A stretch of DNA of 64,000 nucleotides from Nitrospirota bacterium. GTDB lineage: Bacteria; Nitrospirota; UBA9217. Positions 61,989 to 64,000 of this stretch are shown piece by piece. Numbering within the stretch: the stretch's first letter is position 1; every line of letters starts with the position of its first letter. The notes under the pieces were generated by a model. It searched no databases and was not told where the DNA came from. It saw only the letters and a program-made list of their open reading frames with translations. The position numbers were made by a program, and so were the translations under genes. The stretch is from positions 736,001 through 800,000 of the forward strand of contig CAWFSF010000006.1 of the NCBI GenBank assembly GCA_963818475.1, given 5' to 3'.

Positions 61989-63583
61989 ATGAAAAAATCA
62001 AAAGTACAGCTCTACGACACCACGCTCCGTGACGGGGCGCAGGCAGAGGACGTGAACTTCTCGGTCGAGGACATGGTCCGTGTGGCCAGGAAACTCGACC
62101 AGTTCGGGATGCAGTACATCGAGGGCGGCTGGCCCGGCTCCAATCCCCGCGACGTGAAATTCTTCAAGGAAATGCGGGGGGTCAAGCTGAAGAAGGCCCG
62201 GCTCGTCGCATTCGGCGCCACCCGCCGGGCAAAGCTCAGGGCTTCCGAAGATCCCAGCCTCAGGGCGCTCATTGCATCAGGCGTGTCCGTGGCGACCATC
62301 TTCGGCAAATCCTGGGACCTGCATGTGCTGAAGGCGCTCAGGACGACCTTGCAGGAAAACCTCGCCATGATCAGGGATTCCGTTGCTTTTCTCAAAAAGC
62401 ACATGGACGAGGTCTTCTACGATGCCGAGCATTTCTTTGACGGGTACAAGGCGAATCCGGATTATGCGATCCAGACGCTGCTGACTGCCGAAGCCGCAGG
62501 CGCCGACTGCCTGGTGTTGTGCGATACCAATGGCGGCACTTTGCCGCACGAGGTGGAGCGGATCATCAGCGAGGTCAAGGCGCAGATCAAGGCCCCCTTC
62601 GGCATCCATGCGCATAATGACGCCGAGGTAGCCGTGGCGAACTCGCTTGTTGCCATAAGACTGGGCGGCGTGCAGGTCCACGGCACGATCAATGGGTACG
62701 GCGAGCGCTGCGGCAACGCGAATCTCTGCACCATCATCCCGACCCTCAAGCTCAAGATGGGCGTCGACTGTATCTCCGATGCAGGACTGCAGGGCCTGCG
62801 CGAGGTATCGCGGTATGTCGACGAGCTGGCGAATCTGCCGCACCGCAAGCGCCAGCCTTATATCGGCGACAGCGCTTTTGCCCATAAGGCCGGCGTCCAT
62901 GTCGATGCGGTGGCCAAGAACCCGCTTACCTATGAGCATGTGATCCCGGAGCAGGTGGGAAACAAACGGCGCATCCTGGTCTCTGATATGGCGGGTAAAA
63001 GCAATATTCTTCAGAAAGCGGCCGAGCTCAATATTGCACTTTCCAAGGATAGTCCTGAACTGTCCGAGATCCTCAGGAAGGTGAAGGAACTGGAAAATGA
63101 AGGGTATGAGTTCGAGGGAGCCGAAGGTTCACTGGAGCTCCTTATGCTGCGCGCAGGTCGCGGCTACGAGTCGGTTTTCAATATCTTCGACCGGATCGAC
63201 TACCGGGTGTTCACTGAAAAAAGAAAGATCGACCCCCATCCTCTGAGCGAAGCAACGGTGACCGTCGAGGTCGGCGGTAAGACCGAACATACCGCCGGGT
63301 GGGGCTACGGGACCGGTGAATGCGCTCGATAAGGCCCTTCGCAAGGTGCTGCCCAGATATTTCCCGGGCAAAGGGCTGGAAGATGTACGCCTGCTGGACT
63401 ATAAAGTGCGCGTGCTCACGGCCGCAGAGGGAACGGCAGCCCGCGTGCGGGTGCTGATCGAGTCCGGGGACGGCAGAAACAAATGGGGCACGGTCGGCGT
63501 GTCCGAAAACGTGATCGAGGCGAGCTGGCAGGCGCTGGTGGACAGTATCGAGTACAAGTTGCTGCGGGCGAAGAAAAAAATAA
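61989..63583 (+). CDS. cimA: Citramalate synthase (frameshifts near 63310 and at the 3' poly-A)
   Basis: [10 protein letters not shown]; EGGWPGSNP; HAHND; GERCGN; [10 protein letters not shown]; [15 protein letters not shown]. Confidence 0.9.
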
Positions 63584-63622
63584 GCCGAAGGCGGATCGCG
63601 GTTTATGGAATAGAGGCGCGGA

Positions 63623-64000
63623 ATGATCGAAGAAGAAGGCATTGTCGCAGAGGTCCAGGGGAACATCGCAAAGGTGGAGATACTGAAAAAAAGCGCCTGC
63701 GAGAAGTGTGCCGCTTCAGGGACCTGTCATCCCGGCGACCAGGAGCTCATGGAGGCCGATAATCCGCTCGGGGCGGTCAAGGGGCAGAAGGTAAAGGTCG
63801 TGGTCGCACCGCAGCTCTATCTGAAAGCGTCTCTCATCCTGTACGGCATACCTATGGTTGCGTATGGTCGCCGGCGCCATCCTGGGGAAAAATGCAGCTA
63901 TTGCCTACGCAGGCGAACCGAATTCCGACCTCTGGGCGTTCATCGCCGGCATGACCTGCTTGGTGATATCTTTTTATTTCATAAGGCTGTATAATAATAA
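63623..64000 (+). CDS. RseC/MucC family protein (frameshifted; runs off the window)
   Basis: MIEEEGIV; SACEKC...C; ASLILYGIP. Confidence 0.85.

Noticed and set aside
12040-63583. Many frameshifted genes (cydB, tauE, kinase, purE, phoH, resBC, argD, tusA, cimA) read as pseudogenes or programmed frameshifts
   Set aside because: Single-base indels hit conserved core genes at scattered positions, without slippery motifs or accompanying decay. Sequencing error is the simpler explanation; check by read polishing.
1-64000. tRNA, rRNA, prophage structural genes, or a Vtc4-like polyP polymerase
   Set aside because: None was recognised, so the polyphosphate hypothesis lacks a local polymerase and remains inference.

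Overview
64 kb of chromosome from an anaerobic or microaerophilic bacterium. Gene content and codon style suggest Nitrospirota or a Desulfobacterota-like lineage (inference only). Many conserved genes carry single-base frameshifts, most simply explained by uncorrected long-read indels. Layout: (1) 1-10 kb, an accessory patchwork with orphan attC sites, MITEs, an IS3 end, two TA modules and a partial gene duplication. (2) cydAB between two copies of one repeat. (3) 13.5-25.9 kb, a cluster with a sigma54-type promoter: DUF202, TauE/SafE, TIGR02186, USPs, two GspE-N/MshEN-like proteins with 3 + 2 Arg-heptad DUF202 (VTC-like) membrane repeats, a His kinase, a receiver and a PEP-synthase-like dikinase. 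This is the best candidate for an undescribed system. (4) 26.7-31.8 kb, an AT-rich integron cassette array with six attC sites and no adjacent integrase. (5) Core genes: larE, purD, purE, tsaC, phoH, nfnAB, resBC, argDF. (6) An internally deleted integron integrase with an attI-like site. (7) A hom-TusA-E1-JAMM-thrC-sulfur carrier-NIL-apgM-lysC-cimA operon that suggests sulfur-carrier-dependent homocysteine synthesis. Intergenic spaces hold several families of palindromic 7-mer and 9-mer repeats. No rRNA, tRNA or CRISPR array was seen.
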